Positions 50,960-63,595 of a stretch of 64,000 nt of DNA are shown here, in pieces (position 1 is the first letter of the stretch; the number at the start of each line of letters is the position of its first letter). The position numbers were made by a program, and so were the translations under genes. This DNA is from an uncultured Hormoscilla sp. (GTDB taxonomy: Bacteria > Cyanobacteriota > Cyanobacteriia > Cyanobacteriales > Desertifilaceae): assembly GCA_963921275.4 (NCBI GenBank), contig OZ001293.3, forward strand, positions 2,272,001 through 2,336,000, read 5' to 3'. Under the pieces are notes generated by a model. That model did not search any database. It saw only the letters and a program-made list of their open reading frames with translations, and was not told the origin of the DNA.

Positions 50960-52094
50960 ATGGTCAAAATTTTGACTGGGACTCACGGAACAATTGTGAT
51001 TGGTGGTGACAATCTCTTCGATCTAATCCGTGATGCAGGCCTTATCATCGATCACGGAGGAGATGACACCTTCAAAATCTCTGGTCCCACCGATGTGGCT
51101 CGGTTTAAGGTCTTAAATGGTGGGAGAGGCAATGACACCGTCAACTATGCATTCTATCAAAGCAGGATTCAGGCTAATCTTATGACAGGAATTGTTCACT
51201 TCCTCGATGATGACCCTTCCCAAACTCAAACAGTTGTGGATATTGAGAAATATAGTTGGGGGTGACAGAGATGATCATTTGACCGGAAACAGGTTCGATA
51301 ACGTTCTTGATGGTCGAAGGGGACATGACAGCATCTACGGTGGATGGGGAAATGATAGCATCTACGGTGGATGGGGAAATGATGCCATCTATGGCGGAAA
51401 GGGCAATGACTACGTGGATGGTGGATATGGATATGACTTATTAGATGGTGGCGAAGGCGATGACACCGCCAGCTATGCGTTCTATGGAGGTAGTACTAAT
51501 GCCAATCTTGAAACCGGAATTGTTTACTTCCCTGGTAACTACTACCGCGGTAGAACTGAAACAATTGTGAATATTGAGAATATAGTTGGGGGTAGCGGAA
51601 ATGATTCTTTCACCGGAAACGATCTCAATAACGTTCTTGATGGTGGAAGGGGACGTGACACCATGTATGGTGGTTTAGGTAGCGACAGTCTTCATGGTGG
51701 TGAGCATCATGACATCTTGATTGGTACCAATGCTCAAGGAACAAGTCTTAACCAGACGGATACCTTGACTGGTGGTGGTGGTAGAGATACATTTGCTTTG
51801 GCAGTATCGACCGGTCAAGAAGATATCTTACTTTACGATGAGGGGAACGATAAGGCCATCATTACCGACTTTACTATTGGCGAAGACATCGTGCGTCTGG
51901 CAGGAGATGCTAGTCAATATAGTTTCGACACCGCTAAGGTCGAATCTGTATACTTTGTAACTCTTGTATTCCATTCAACTTCCAATTCCGTCAATTCCGT
52001 CCCTGAAGAAATTGCGACGTTCGTCTTTGATGCTGCCAATGAAAATAATCGCAATTTAAATCTGAGTGATTCTACTCAATTCCGGTTTATTTAG
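50960..52094 (+). CDS. RTX/hemolysin-type Ca-binding repeat protein, +1 frameshift near 51250
   Basis: GGxGxD nonapeptides; ITDFTIGED. Confidence 0.85.
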
Positions 52095-52302
52095 GGCTGG
52101 CTGGATAAAGTTAAAAGTCAAGTCAGACAAGGGTTTACAGCTTTTTATCGCCTCCAAAAGTGCAAGGAAATAGCGCGATCGCGTCCCAAAATCCTTGCAC
52201 CTTCGGGGGAAATTACGGGGCCATCGCTCTCGGCGGTAAAGCTACCATTTTCAAGCCTATTGGCCCTCTTATCTGGCTCGATCCGGCTTATTCAGCAAGC
52301 CC
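52094..52302. mobile_element. MITE / IS remnant
   Basis: Imperfect IRs GGGCTGGCTGGATAA / TTATTCAGCAAGCCC flanked by a TATTTA direct repeat. Confidence 0.7.
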
Positions 52303-52538
52303 TATTTAGAATTTAAGGACTCTGGTGGGAAAGGGTGGGAAGTCACCTCCGAGTTGCAACTTTCCAGACAAGGGATGTCTAGCATGTAATGTAGGGGAAT
52401 GACATATCCCAAACGAACCAGGATAACGTATGCCGATCGCCCTGACGGCGATCGGGAATAGATTCCTTTTCATCTTGCTTTTCATTTCCAGTTTCTGCTC
52501 AAATCATCAAGTCCTAATCAATAGTCGCCATTCACCAA

Positions 52539-54464
52539 TCAATAGTTCCCATTCACCTTGGCACTATCTGTGGGTTCGACTCTCCAATTTACCAAACAGA
52601 TCGCCTCTCTTGCTGATTCTACATCAGATGGTACTCCAGGTGGTACTCCCACAGCATAAATCAATCCTGCTATACTCTTCCAGGTAAATTTTAATAAACA
52701 AATTGGCTCGCTAGCAGCATTATACTTGATTCTTAACAGAGTATATTCCTCCCAAGTTTCCACTTCAGTTGCTGGGAATTCTTGATAAATCCTACTATAG
52801 CCAATTCTTTCAATTAACTAGCCCCGCAGTCTGGTATTTTTCTCTGATAAAATACATTTTACTTCCCACTGCTGCGGATGTATTTTACCGTATTTTTACG
52901 GTAGATTTAAGCCGTGATGAGAATAAACGCTGAAGCCGTCTGTAAACTGAATGGCGGGTTTTCCTTCTGCGTGCAGGCGTTGTTCCTTGTCGAAGCAGAG
53001 GAACATGGGGCGATCACAAACGATACAGGTTTTTTCAAAAGGAAAAATCCAGCCAGTATTTTTCATCAGTTGCTGGTAGATATTCCAGATTTTTATGTCA
53101 TGGTTACAATCTAACACTGAAATACAATAATCTATAAAACTGCTACGCCAAACCAACTCTGATCTTCCTAATTTTGTTGGACTTACAGACATGAAAATAT
53201 TCCTCAACGCTGCGCTATGAAAATATTCTTCAAAATCTGACTTGTAAAAATATTATTCCCAAATTTCCTCATCAAACATATCTATAATTTGCTCCGCTAC
53301 TCTACCATATTCCAACCGCCAATAGAAAAGAGAAGATAGTTTCTTAAATATCGTCTCTATCTTACCAGCTATTTTTATTAAAGGTCTACTGGTCATCTCT
53401 ACATTTAATTGTCTAACTATTTCTTTATACTCTAGCAGAGGCATTGAGTGTTTGACAGCATAAATCAATCCTGCTATACTCTTCCAGGTAAATTTTAATA
53501 AACAAATTGGCTCGCTAGCAGCATTATACTTGATTCTTAACAGAGTATATTCCTCCCAAGTTTCCACTTCAGTTGCTGGGAATTCTTGATAAATCCTACT
53601 ATAGCCAATTCTTTCAATTAACTAGCCCCGCAGTCTGGTATTTTTCTCTGATAAAATACATTTTACTTCCCACTGCTGCGGATGTATTTTACCGTATTTT
53701 TACGGTAGATTTAAGCCGTGATGAGAATAAACGCTGAAGCCGTCTGTAAACTGAATGGCGGGTTTTCCTTCTGCGTGCAGGCGTTGTTCCTTGTCGAAGC
53801 AGAGGAACATGGGGCGATCGCAAACGATACAGGTTTTTTCAAAAGGAAAAATCCAGCCAGTATTTTTCATCAGTTGCTGGTAGATATTCCAGATTTTTAT
53901 GTCATGGTTACAATCTAACACTGAAATACAATAATCTATAAAACTGCTACGCCAAACCAACTCTGATCTTCCTAATTTTGTTGGACTTACAGACATGAAA
54001 ATATTCCTCAACGCTGCGCTATGAAAATATTCTTCAAAATCTGACTTGTAAAAATATTATTTCCAAATTTCCTCATCAAACATATCTATAATTTGCTCCG
54101 CTACTCTACCATATTCCAACCGCCAATAGAAAAGAGAAGATAGTTTCTTAAATATCGTCTCTATCTTACCAGCTATTTTTATTAAAGGTCTACTGGTCAT
54201 CTCTACATTTAATTGTCTAACTATTTCTTTATACTCTAGCAGAGGCATTGAGTGTTTGACAATATATTTCCAAATCTAAGCTGGACTCTTTACAAAAATT
54301 ATTGTCGGTTCTTTTCTACCAATTATTTTATAGGTAGCTTTCACCGCTTTTCTGGCTTTTCGGTAGTCAAGCGGTTCAGTTGATGTCGCAATTTTCAGCC
54401 ACTTTTCCCGGTAAACTGGAATCAGTGCCTCTTGTTCAGGTGTCAGTTGCTCGATCTTCATCAC
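52539..54464 (-). pseudogene. DUF6745-like protein with an internal 804-bp tandem duplication
   Basis: IEQLTPEQEALIPVYREKW, GWIFPFEKTCIVCDRP..RLHAEGKPAIQFTDG; stops and frameshifts. Confidence 0.8.
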
Positions 54465-54631
54465 AGTGTTCGGGAATTAAATATTAAAGTGACCAGTGAC
54501 CACGTACAATGCCTCCTGACCAGGCTAGTGTTTCTGGTGATAAACATCTATATCGAGTAAGATATATCATAAGGCGCTACGCGCACTTCTCCGTGCAACG
54601 CCGAAATGTTTTCGTGCTTCATGAAACTCGC

Positions 54632-56354
54632 TCATCTCTGAGAAGAAGTTACTTCCTGGGGTGCTGTTAATTTTTTCAGTTGGGGACCGATGAGGATATA
54701 GGTGAGCATTTCTCCCTTTCCTTTTACTTCGATCGCCCCTCGGGGCTTAAATCGAAAATTTTCCTTTAGGTGTTGGTAGGTGGCTTCAGAAACCTGAATG
54801 TAACCGGCAATCCCGTGGGATTCCATGCGACTAGCGATATTTACAGTGTCCCCCCACAGGTCGTAGATAAACTTTTTCACCCCAATTACTCCGGCCACCA
54901 CTGGGCCCGTGTTGATGCCGATGCGGATCTTTAAAAGATGGGTGCTATGACTATTGTACTGCGCTTGCTCTGCATTAAATTGGGCAATCAATTTTTGCAT
55001 GTCCAGGGCCATGCGGGCGATCGCCTCAGGGTGGGAGGACCGTGGCACTGGCAGTCCTCCCACTACCATATAAGCATCTCCAATGGTTTTAATTTTCTCC
55101 AACCCATGGGTCTCAGTGAGCTCGTCAAATTCTGAGAATATCCGGTTGATCAACTTGACCAGTTCTGTGGGAGTAACCCGGGATGAGAGCTTGGTAAAGC
55201 CAACAATATCAGCAAATAGTACAGTCGCTTCAGCAAAATCATCGGCAATAGTCTGCTCTTTTTGCTTGAGCCGCTCCGTGATTTGGTAAGCTATTTAATA
55301 GCAACCGATCTGACTTTTTCTGTTCTACTTCCAATTGCTTTAAGGCCGATCGCAAAATAATCCCAATGATCACAGCTAGCGCCATGGCCACTAGCATCGC
55401 CCCCAGGAGCACTTTTCTGGCTAACTCGCTGGTAAGTGCGATTCTCTGTTGCGCCCGGAGAATTTCCTCGTTCGTCAGGTCGAGCAATTTGTTAGAAACC
55501 GTTTCTGCTCGTTCGTCTGAGCTAGTGATTCTGCTGCGGATCTTGGCATCCAGTTTGCTAATCTGTTGGGCCACTCCCTGATGAGCTTCTAAATAGGCTA
55601 GCATTGATTTTTGTCGTTCAATGTCTAGGTTTTCCCTAGAGATAATCCCAGAGCGCAATTGGACAATTATCTCAAACAGTTTCTCTTTTTCAGACTGCTG
55701 GCGTGTCAGCAGATATTCTTCTTCCGCAAATTGTAGCTGCTCGTACAGGTTGAGCAACATTCTATCGTTCACCAGTTGCAGCTTAAGGTACAGCAATGAG
55801 GAATTTTGCTGTAGCCTGTTCATCAGGCCGATATCCTCCATGCTTAAATCACCCACTAGCCGCACCGCATCATTGAAGCTGCCAGAATACTGCTTGACCA
55901 GTTCTACATAACTAACCACCTCTGGGTTGCTACGGCGCAAGGCATCGCTCACATTCGCACCTGCTAGTAATTTTTGTAAGCCAGCACTAATGTCGATCGC
56001 TTTGTTAATTTGTTCTTGATGGGTTCTCAGATAAGATTGAGTTTTATTCCCTAAATTATTCGTTTACCAGCGCAGAAAAAAGTCTCTTTCTATCTGGCGG
56101 GCTTTTTGTAAAGCTTTATCCATGGCAATCACCTGGCGTTGTATTTGCACGCTGGTGACGATCGCAGCATCTGTTTCAGTACGTACAGTTTTTAATGCTA
56201 GCAAGCCTGTCATTGATACCAGTACGATTAGTAGCAGTAATGCCACAAACGCCGGTGTAAACTTGTCCGTAGTACTCAGATGCACCCAAGCTATAGCGAC
56301 TTTGTGCCACAACGCCTTTATTAATATCCAGGCACGATGTCGCCACCTCTTCAT
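54632..56354 (-). pseudogene. Membrane adenylate/guanylate cyclase, fragmented
   Basis: LFADIVGFT, KIKTIGDAYM, YDLWGDTVNIASRMES; breaks near 56065 and 55285. Confidence 0.88.
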
Positions 56355-56527
56355 ACCTATATCACTTTTGGGAAGTAAAAATTTAAACGCTATACCATTT
56401 ACTTTCAGCTTGCCCCACTGCTGGGTGGGGGGTTGGGGGTGGGGGTTGGTTGCTATCTACCATGAACGAGGGACTCCCAGGTCATCGATTGCAGGCTCAA
56501 GTCAAATGTCTACGCCAAATATAACAA

Positions 56528-58099
56528 TCATCCAGCCTGTATAGATTTTGGCTGGCAGTAGTCTACCCCAGAACCGTACTGCCACGCATCTATCAAGCGA
56601 CGGTAGTAGTATTGTTGCACTCCAGGTAAGGCTTTTGTCCAGGGGGCGATCGACCGTCCCAAAGGATACAATGCCGTGTAAGCCACTAGGTTGGTATAGT
56701 GAACCATCCAGTAAGCCAAGGTTTTCAGTCCGACTTGCCCAATTACTTTGACAATTAAGTCCGGCTGACGGACGGTTGCTTGCAGCAGGGTTTGGGATAA
56801 ACCGTGCAACTGTACGACATCTTGGAGAAACGGACGGAGTACCTCATCTCCAAGCTCAGACATAATCGTAAATACTTCCGACAGTAGGCGGTTGATTCGA
56901 TCTGGGGGAATTGTTTGTTCCAGGCCGACGCTCATTGACCGTTGAAACAGCCAGGTAAGGTCGAGATTGGGTTGATAAGGTTGTAAGATTGCTAGATCCT
57001 GGCGGGAAAGGGCGCTATGAGTCAGGGCATCCTGAATCCCTGCTGTCAGACGCTTCAGGTGGCGAATCATGGCACCAAATCCGCCGAAACTCAGAGGAGA
57101 TTGATTACCGCTACTGTCTCCTACAGGTAAAATGCGGTTGAAGGGGGTTTTTAAGGGGCTTTGCTGGTAGCAGGGGAAGAAGCCAAATAAGGCTCGTTGC
57201 CATTGCAATCGATCGAGGCCGATCTGCTGGTATTCTGGCAGGTAGCGCAGGTACTCGTCAAAGAGAAATTCTAGGCTAAAACGGTCTGGGTGAGCATCTA
57301 TATAGGTAAATAGGTATGTGGTTCTGCCATCCCTGGCCGGGAAGGCTTCCCAGAAATACTGGCATTGATAAAGTAGGGGAGTGAAGGAAACTAATATGTC
57401 GCCGGTGTCGTTGCGAGGAAACCCGCGAGCGCAGGTGCCGACTACTAGGCAGATGGCGTCTGGTTTTTTCCCCTGTCTTGCCTGCCGTCCTATAGGGGAA
57501 AAATGCCCCATTGCATCTAGTAATACGCGGCTATTGCAGGCCCGATCGCCCGCTAAAACCCTGAGACCATTTGGATGAATGACTGCCCCTGTAAAGGCTG
57601 TATTTTCCCACAGTTGACCGCCGGCGGCTATAAATTTATTTTTCAGGGTTTCTAGCAGATAGACTGGATCTACGCCGATATTGAGTACGTCGCGCACCCA
57701 GATATCGGGGCCACCATGGAAGCTGATGCGTGCTGGGTTATACTCGGTGACGATCGCCGTTTCCAGTTCCGCTGGCGTCAGTAACTCCAATTCTAAGAGC
57801 ACTTCTAGTTCCCGGCGGCAGATATTCCACTCTTGCTCTCGGCCCCGCAGGATTCCCCGTTCCATTACGGCCACGCGCAGCCCTTGTAATTGCAAGGCAC
57901 AGGCAATCATAATGCCTAATGTGCCACCGCAGACCACAACATCCCAATCTACCTCTGATAATGGGAGCGGGCTCTCTTGCACCGTCTGAGGTACGGGGTG
58001 GGTATTTTTTTTGATAGCTTGCCAGAGTCTATCGGCCTTACGCAGTCCGGATAGAACATCTCCTGGCAGTTGCGAGAGTATTTGTGCTGTTTGTGTCAT
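56528..58099 (-). CDS. cruP: FAD-dependent oxidoreductase, CruP-type lycopene cyclase homolog
   Basis: DVVVCGGTLG, GREQEWNI, QSPLSFGGFG. Confidence 0.8.
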   Translation of the reverse strand: MTQTAQILSQLPGDVLSGLRKADRLWQAIKKNTHPVPQTVQESPLPLSEVDWDVVVCGGTLGIMIACALQLQGLRVAVMERGILRGREQEWNICRRELEVLLELELLTPAELETAIVTEYNPARISFHGGPDIWVRDVLNIGVDPVYLLETLKNKFIAAGGQLWENTAFTGAVIHPNGLRVLAGDRACNSRVLLDAMGHFSPIGRQARQGKKPDAICLVVGTCARGFPRNDTGDILVSFTPLLYQCQYFWEAFPARDGRTTYLFTYIDAHPDRFSLEFLFDEYLRYLPEYQQIGLDRLQWQRALFGFFPCYQQSPLKTPFNRILPVGDSSGNQSPLSFGGFGAMIRHLKRLTAGIQDALTHSALSRQDLAILQPYQPNLDLTWLFQRSMSVGLEQTIPPDRINRLLSEVFTIMSELGDEVLRPFLQDVVQLHGLSQTLLQATVRQPDLIVKVIGQVGLKTLAYWMVHYTNLVAYTALYPLGRSIAPWTKALPGVQQYYYRRLIDAWQYGSGVDYCQPKSIQAG

Positions 58100-58253
58100 G
58101 AGACAAGATAACTGCATCACGGATGCACTCAGTACCACCATCTTAACCTGTCTGGAGAGCTTTCCGTGCAGTTATCGGTGCCGATGTCTCTAGGGGACTC
58201 GATTTTAGATTTTCTGACAAGATATAATTATCCGATTCCAGACCCAAGTTGCA

Positions 58254-58640
58254 CTAATCTCCCAGTTCTATTTTCAGAAGCACTCTTTTCGAGTCCTTCA
58301 CGTCCCCTGGTACTCGGAACAAGTTGAGGCTGTCCCCTGAATCCCTGAGATCGTCAACCACCACTTCTGTTCGTTCGTCTATTCTCAATTTATTCTCTTC
58401 GCGGCTTCTTGAGAGATCCGTCGATGCCTCAACACCCGGTTGGGACGCTCTTTCAAATGACCTCTGGTAATCTGAAGAGGTCGTGCGACTCTCGATGGTA
58501 CGCAGAGATTCACCCGAGAGGGTTACATCTGCTTCCCTTGATGGTCTGCCTGACTGCGCCTGTGCCACTGATGTCCACCAGACTGCTACAAATGCTATCG
58601 CTAAGACTGCTTGTGCTTGAGTGCGAATTATTTTTTTCAT
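58254..58640 (-). CDS. Secreted hypothetical protein
   Basis: Signal peptide ending AQA; VTLSGESLRTIE. Confidence 0.65.
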   Translation of the reverse strand: MKKIIRTQAQAVLAIAFVAVWWTSVAQAQSGRPSREADVTLSGESLRTIESRTTSSDYQRSFERASQPGVEASTDLSRSREENKLRIDERTEVVVDDLRDSGDSLNLFRVPGDVKDSKRVLLKIELGD

Positions 58641-58978
58641 GGCTTATTTATTATATCTACTATGTTTTTTGCCTCTCCCGATCTTTGGTCTTTTGGTGGA
58701 CTTACGCAACTTGTCCCGTTCAACACTACCGGTACCGTCTGATGGGCTATCTCTGGTGCCCTATCTAGTGCCTGTGCGTAAGTCCTGCTTTCTTTACTCT
58801 AACTAGATTCTTTCAGGCTGTCAAGCCATTCGATCGCCCGATCTACCCACCGCCAGCACTTTCCCTGTCAGTTGTCAGTAGCGTAGCCTGTAGGGCGGAT
58901 CGCCTGCCCGTCAGTTGTTCGTTGTCAATTCTCCTCGTTCCCTGGCTCCCGCCTGAGAACGCAATTCTCCATTTTCAC

Positions 58979-60223
58979 TTAGACAAATCTGTGAATAAAT
59001 TCATAAGTCCAATCTACTCTTCCTTTGCGTAACATCGCTGGATCGAGTCTTTCTGTGGTATTACAAGTCATCAACACGACTAATTTTTGTTGCATCTGCA
59101 CCCCGGATTCTTCTATCACACTATTGTACAATGTTCCATCCAGTAAACTCAGGATATGCTCGGTTTTATTATTTCCTTGAGCTACTGCCATTGAGCGATC
59201 TTGGGCCAAGTTATCTGCTTCATTGATGATGATACAAATCCGTTCCAGGTAACTGGGGGGGATAAAGTTTTCTACCGCATCATGGTCGAGGATAAAAATT
59301 ACATATCCTAGGGGCATTAATATTTCTTTGGCCACTGCTTGCGTCCAGGCTGTTTTCCCCGTGCCTGGTTCTCCTTGTACGAGAACTGCTAGCTGGTTTT
59401 GGTCGATTATTGCCTGCTGAACTTTGTCAGTGAAGCTTTGGATATCTGCTGGAAATGTTCTAATTTGAAACTGAGAATGTACCTGTCCAATCCGATTTTG
59501 ATAACCGCTTAGCATCACTGCTAGATTGTAAGTGGCTTTATTCACCAGTGGGGCAATGTCTTGGGCTATCAGCCTGTAGCGTCGCCTGCTTCGGCCCAGG
59601 TTGTCTATTTGCAGCCAAACTTGAAACTTTGACCAGTAAGCGGAAACGCTGCCCAGGGTTTCCACCCTTTCCCAACTGGTAAATTTATCTACAGGATAAT
59701 AAAAATGTCGGTCTAGGTAATACTGTGTTATTAATTCTGGCTTGGACAATAATTCCAGAATCTTGAAAACGGTAATCTCCTGGAGCCGGTTCAGGACATA
59801 ATCGATGGGAATGCGATCGCGGCTGACTGACTGGACTATTGGTGCTTCTGTACTGATAACATCTTTGTATCGATAATCTGGGGCTAGTGGCTGGGGAGTT
59901 ATGTAATCCCAAAATTCATCCAATTCATATCGGGTGTTTTCTGAGAAGAGATTAAATATATTGGCCCACCAGCTATATTGAGTCCGACCTAATGCATCTG
60001 CTATATCGCTGACTAAATCCAAGGTTTTCTGTGTCAATTTCCACGGATCGTTAGACACCAGATGCCGGAAATATTCCCAATCAAATTCTCTATTTAAATG
60101 TCGCCAACCTGCTGTTAGTAACCCTCGGCTTTGATGGTTGTTATATCCTGATTCTGGGTAGCCAAAGTCTCTTGAGTCCATTGCTTCAATTTCTCGTATT
60201 ATGTTCTCTAATTCTGGATCCAT
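58979..60223 (-). CDS. AAA-family ATPase
   Basis: GEPGTGKT, IINEADN, LDPAMLRKGRVD. Confidence 0.9.
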   Translation of the reverse strand: MDPELENIIREIEAMDSRDFGYPESGYNNHQSRGLLTAGWRHLNREFDWEYFRHLVSNDPWKLTQKTLDLVSDIADALGRTQYSWWANIFNLFSENTRYELDEFWDYITPQPLAPDYRYKDVISTEAPIVQSVSRDRIPIDYVLNRLQEITVFKILELLSKPELITQYYLDRHFYYPVDKFTSWERVETLGSVSAYWSKFQVWLQIDNLGRSRRRYRLIAQDIAPLVNKATYNLAVMLSGYQNRIGQVHSQFQIRTFPADIQSFTDKVQQAIIDQNQLAVLVQGEPGTGKTAWTQAVAKEILMPLGYVIFILDHDAVENFIPPSYLERICIIINEADNLAQDRSMAVAQGNNKTEHILSLLDGTLYNSVIEESGVQMQQKLVVLMTCNTTERLDPAMLRKGRVDWTYEFIHRFV

Positions 60224-60573
60224 GTCAGTTGTCAGTTGTCAGTTGTCAGTAGCGTAGCCTGTAGGACGGGCGGGACGCCTGTCCGTCAGATGCGTAGGAC
60301 GGGCGGGACGCCTGTCCGTCAGTTGTCGGCACCATCTCAATTAACGGGTAATTACGTCTAAGAATAAAATACTTAGAAACGGCTCTGGACATGCTCTCTC
60401 TAAACTGGTGGTAAGGAGGAGACTTGCTGCTGCCCGTCTCTATTATACCTCTTTTAGTTGTTAAGGGCCAACCCTCCTCATTATTATAACAGGGACAATA
60501 GCCGATCGCCCGTAGTTTTCTGGCTGTTTTGGCGATCGCCAACAAACCGGTTGAGAGGCGAAGGGGGTCTCTT

Positions 60574-61407
<834 letters not shown>

Positions 61408-61408
<1 letters not shown>

Positions 61409-61940
61409 TACACCTCTACTAGATACTCCGGGGGAACGCGATCGACTAACCAAACTCGGTTTTCGGTACAGTAGAAATTATAACCTGCGGCGTGCATGGC
61501 GGCGGCATCTACGGCAAAATTACTGGACGACCTTTGCCTACATTTCGTGCTGTGGCAATATCTGTCGATAAATGCACGTGGTGTCGCGACATTTTACAAA
61601 TACCCATCTGCATAATTGACTCAACGGCATGGTGGAAAGTGCCGTGGTAAAGTACATCTGGAGGAATTTGGGATTTCAACTGCAAGTCTACTTCTACAGT
61701 ATGCCCTTGGTTGGCACGAATGCGCGTGGGGTCGAAGGAGAACCTTTTTTTGTCGTTATTTCTGACCACCTCTTTTAATTCATTCTCGAAAATGTGAAAT
61801 TTATCTTTTTGACAAGCTGCTAAGAGTTCTGCGACCGAAACCCAGCCTCCCGGTTGCAGTTCTAAACCTATTCTGTCGGGACTATGCCGCAGATGTTTAC
61901 TCAGGTATTTGCTGATTTTTACTAATCGATTATTTTTCAT
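61408..61940 (-). CDS. kptA: RNA 2'-phosphotransferase (Tpt1/KptA), frameshifted near 61515
   Basis: SKYLSKHLRH, NDKKRF, IRANQGHT, LYHGT, RHHVHLS, VWLVDRVPPEYL. Confidence 0.92.
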
Positions 61941-61959
61941 TTCTTTCAGATATTTAAGT

Positions 61960-62155
61960 ATTTATCCGTTCAGCCCCCTTTCCCACCCTCACCAAAATTA
62001 TAGACCTGCGGTTGTCACTTTCACAATGTACCCTTGTAACATTGATGGGCTTAATTTGTAAGTCGGATTTGAACCCACGGGCTTCCCTAATGCCTACCAA
62101 GATGATAACATCATTTTCCAACTTACCCAGTTGGTGATCGCTTCTATTGGCTACC
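61960..62155 (-). ncRNA. Candidate structured ncRNA with a T-loop, downstream of the DIP1984-family gene
   Basis: GGGTTCAAATCC motif, several hairpins and a long-range helix; no credible ORF. Confidence 0.5.
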
Positions 62156-62618
62156 AACTATATCGATTAGTTCTTTAGTCCAATTTGCTGCTTGTATTTT
62201 CCTGTCTAACTCCCGATATTCTCTAAACATTTTATCCATTTGCCCTTGCCGTTCGACAAGGTCGATCTTACTGAAGGTTTTGATTTGCGATCGCCCGTAC
62301 CTATTTGGGGCCACAGCAGCTGCATTTACCATATTATCATATAGGCGGGGTTTTAGCAAGAGGGGAGCTTTCTGGGCTAAAGCATCTGATCTCGTCATCG
62401 GAGTCTTCTCGAGTTCCCCGTGAATTGGTAGAGTCGATTTTCACAAATCTATTGTACCAGTTCATTCACCGTTGCGTCCAATGAGCGATCTGGGCTTGCG
62501 GATCTTTTGGGGGTGCTTCTCCTTACTGCACTTGGGCACTTCTGGTTAATCTTTATCGCAACTGTTAGATTTTCTTCTGACTATATGCTCTCGGAATCAG
62601 CGCTTCGGCTAATTTTAT
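62144..62618 (-). pseudogene. DIP1984-family coiled-coil protein, decayed
   Basis: (M)KLAEALI.RA..QKKI*QLR..SAQVQ*GEAPP.DP...RYGRSQIK...YRELDRKIQAANW. Confidence 0.85.
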
Positions 62619-62794
62619 CTGTTTTTACCTCTTGTTGCCAATTGTCCTCTCATCTATATATGGCTATTATTGACTAGGCAAATTAACTGTAAACTGTTAT
62701 CCGTTCCTACAATAGCATAATTATGAGCAATTGACCAACTAAATATGCTATATTAGTAAACAGGAGCGTCAAACTGCGATCGCAACCATTCTCA

Positions 62795-63500
62795 ATGAAA
62801 ACGGATTCCATATTTTATAAGTTATTCCAAAGGTTCCCCAGGATATTTTTTGAGCTCATCGGTCAATCGCCAAGTTCATGCTGAAGCATACAGATTTACT
62901 TCGGTAGAACTCAAACAGCCGACATTCCGCATGGATGGGCTGCTGAAGCTGCCTGATGATACCATAGATGAACCAGTATACATCACAGAGGTGCAGTTCC
63001 TGCCGAAACCAGACTTCTACTGGCGTCTTTTTGCTGAAATCGCTCTCTACCTGGAACAAAAGAAACCAGATCGAGATTGGCACGCAGTAGCAATATTTGC
63101 GAGGCGCAGTCTGGATCCGGGCGTGCCGAGGCAGTATCGGGAATACCTGATGTCCGAGCAAGTGACGCGCATCTATCTGGATGAGTTGGTCCGGCAGCAG
63201 ATCGATCAGTGGGTTTGGGGATGATACAATTAATTGTGGAACTTCCAACAACCGCTGCTGCCCGATCGCGGCGATTAATTTAACAAGCACAACAGTCCTT
63301 TGAGGAAGAAGCGATCCGGCTGTTCTAGAATTGATTGAGACGATCGTCTTCTACAAGTTTACCACCCTAAGTAGTCAGGAAATTGAAAAAATGTTCGGAT
63401 GGAGCGAGTTTAAACAGACGAGAGTCTACCAAGAAGCCAAAGAAGAAGGTAAGTTAGAAACAATTCCTTTGTTTTTGCAACTGGGCTTGACTGTTGAACA
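62795..63500 (+). pseudogene. Rpn-family (DUF2887) protein, frameshifted
   Basis: MKTDSIFYKLFQRFP, YRFTSVELKQPTFRMDG, LIETIVFYKF, KQTRVYQEA. Confidence 0.85.
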
Positions 63501-63501
63501 G

Positions 63502-63595
63502 TACGAACCCGGAAGCATTAAAGTGCTTACTACGAACCCGGAAGCACTTTAGTGCTTACTACGAACCCGAAAGCACTAAAGTGCTTACTACGAAC
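63502..63595. repeat. 29-nt hairpin tandem repeat, 3 copies (also one copy at ~411-440)
   Basis: TACGAACCCGGAAGCACTTTAGTGCTTAC with an AAGCAC/GTGCTT stem. Confidence 0.85.

Noticed and set aside
62060..62085. tRNA gene suggested by GGTTCAAATCC
   Set aside because: No acceptor stem, D-arm, anticodon arm or CCA; kept only as part of the candidate ncRNA.
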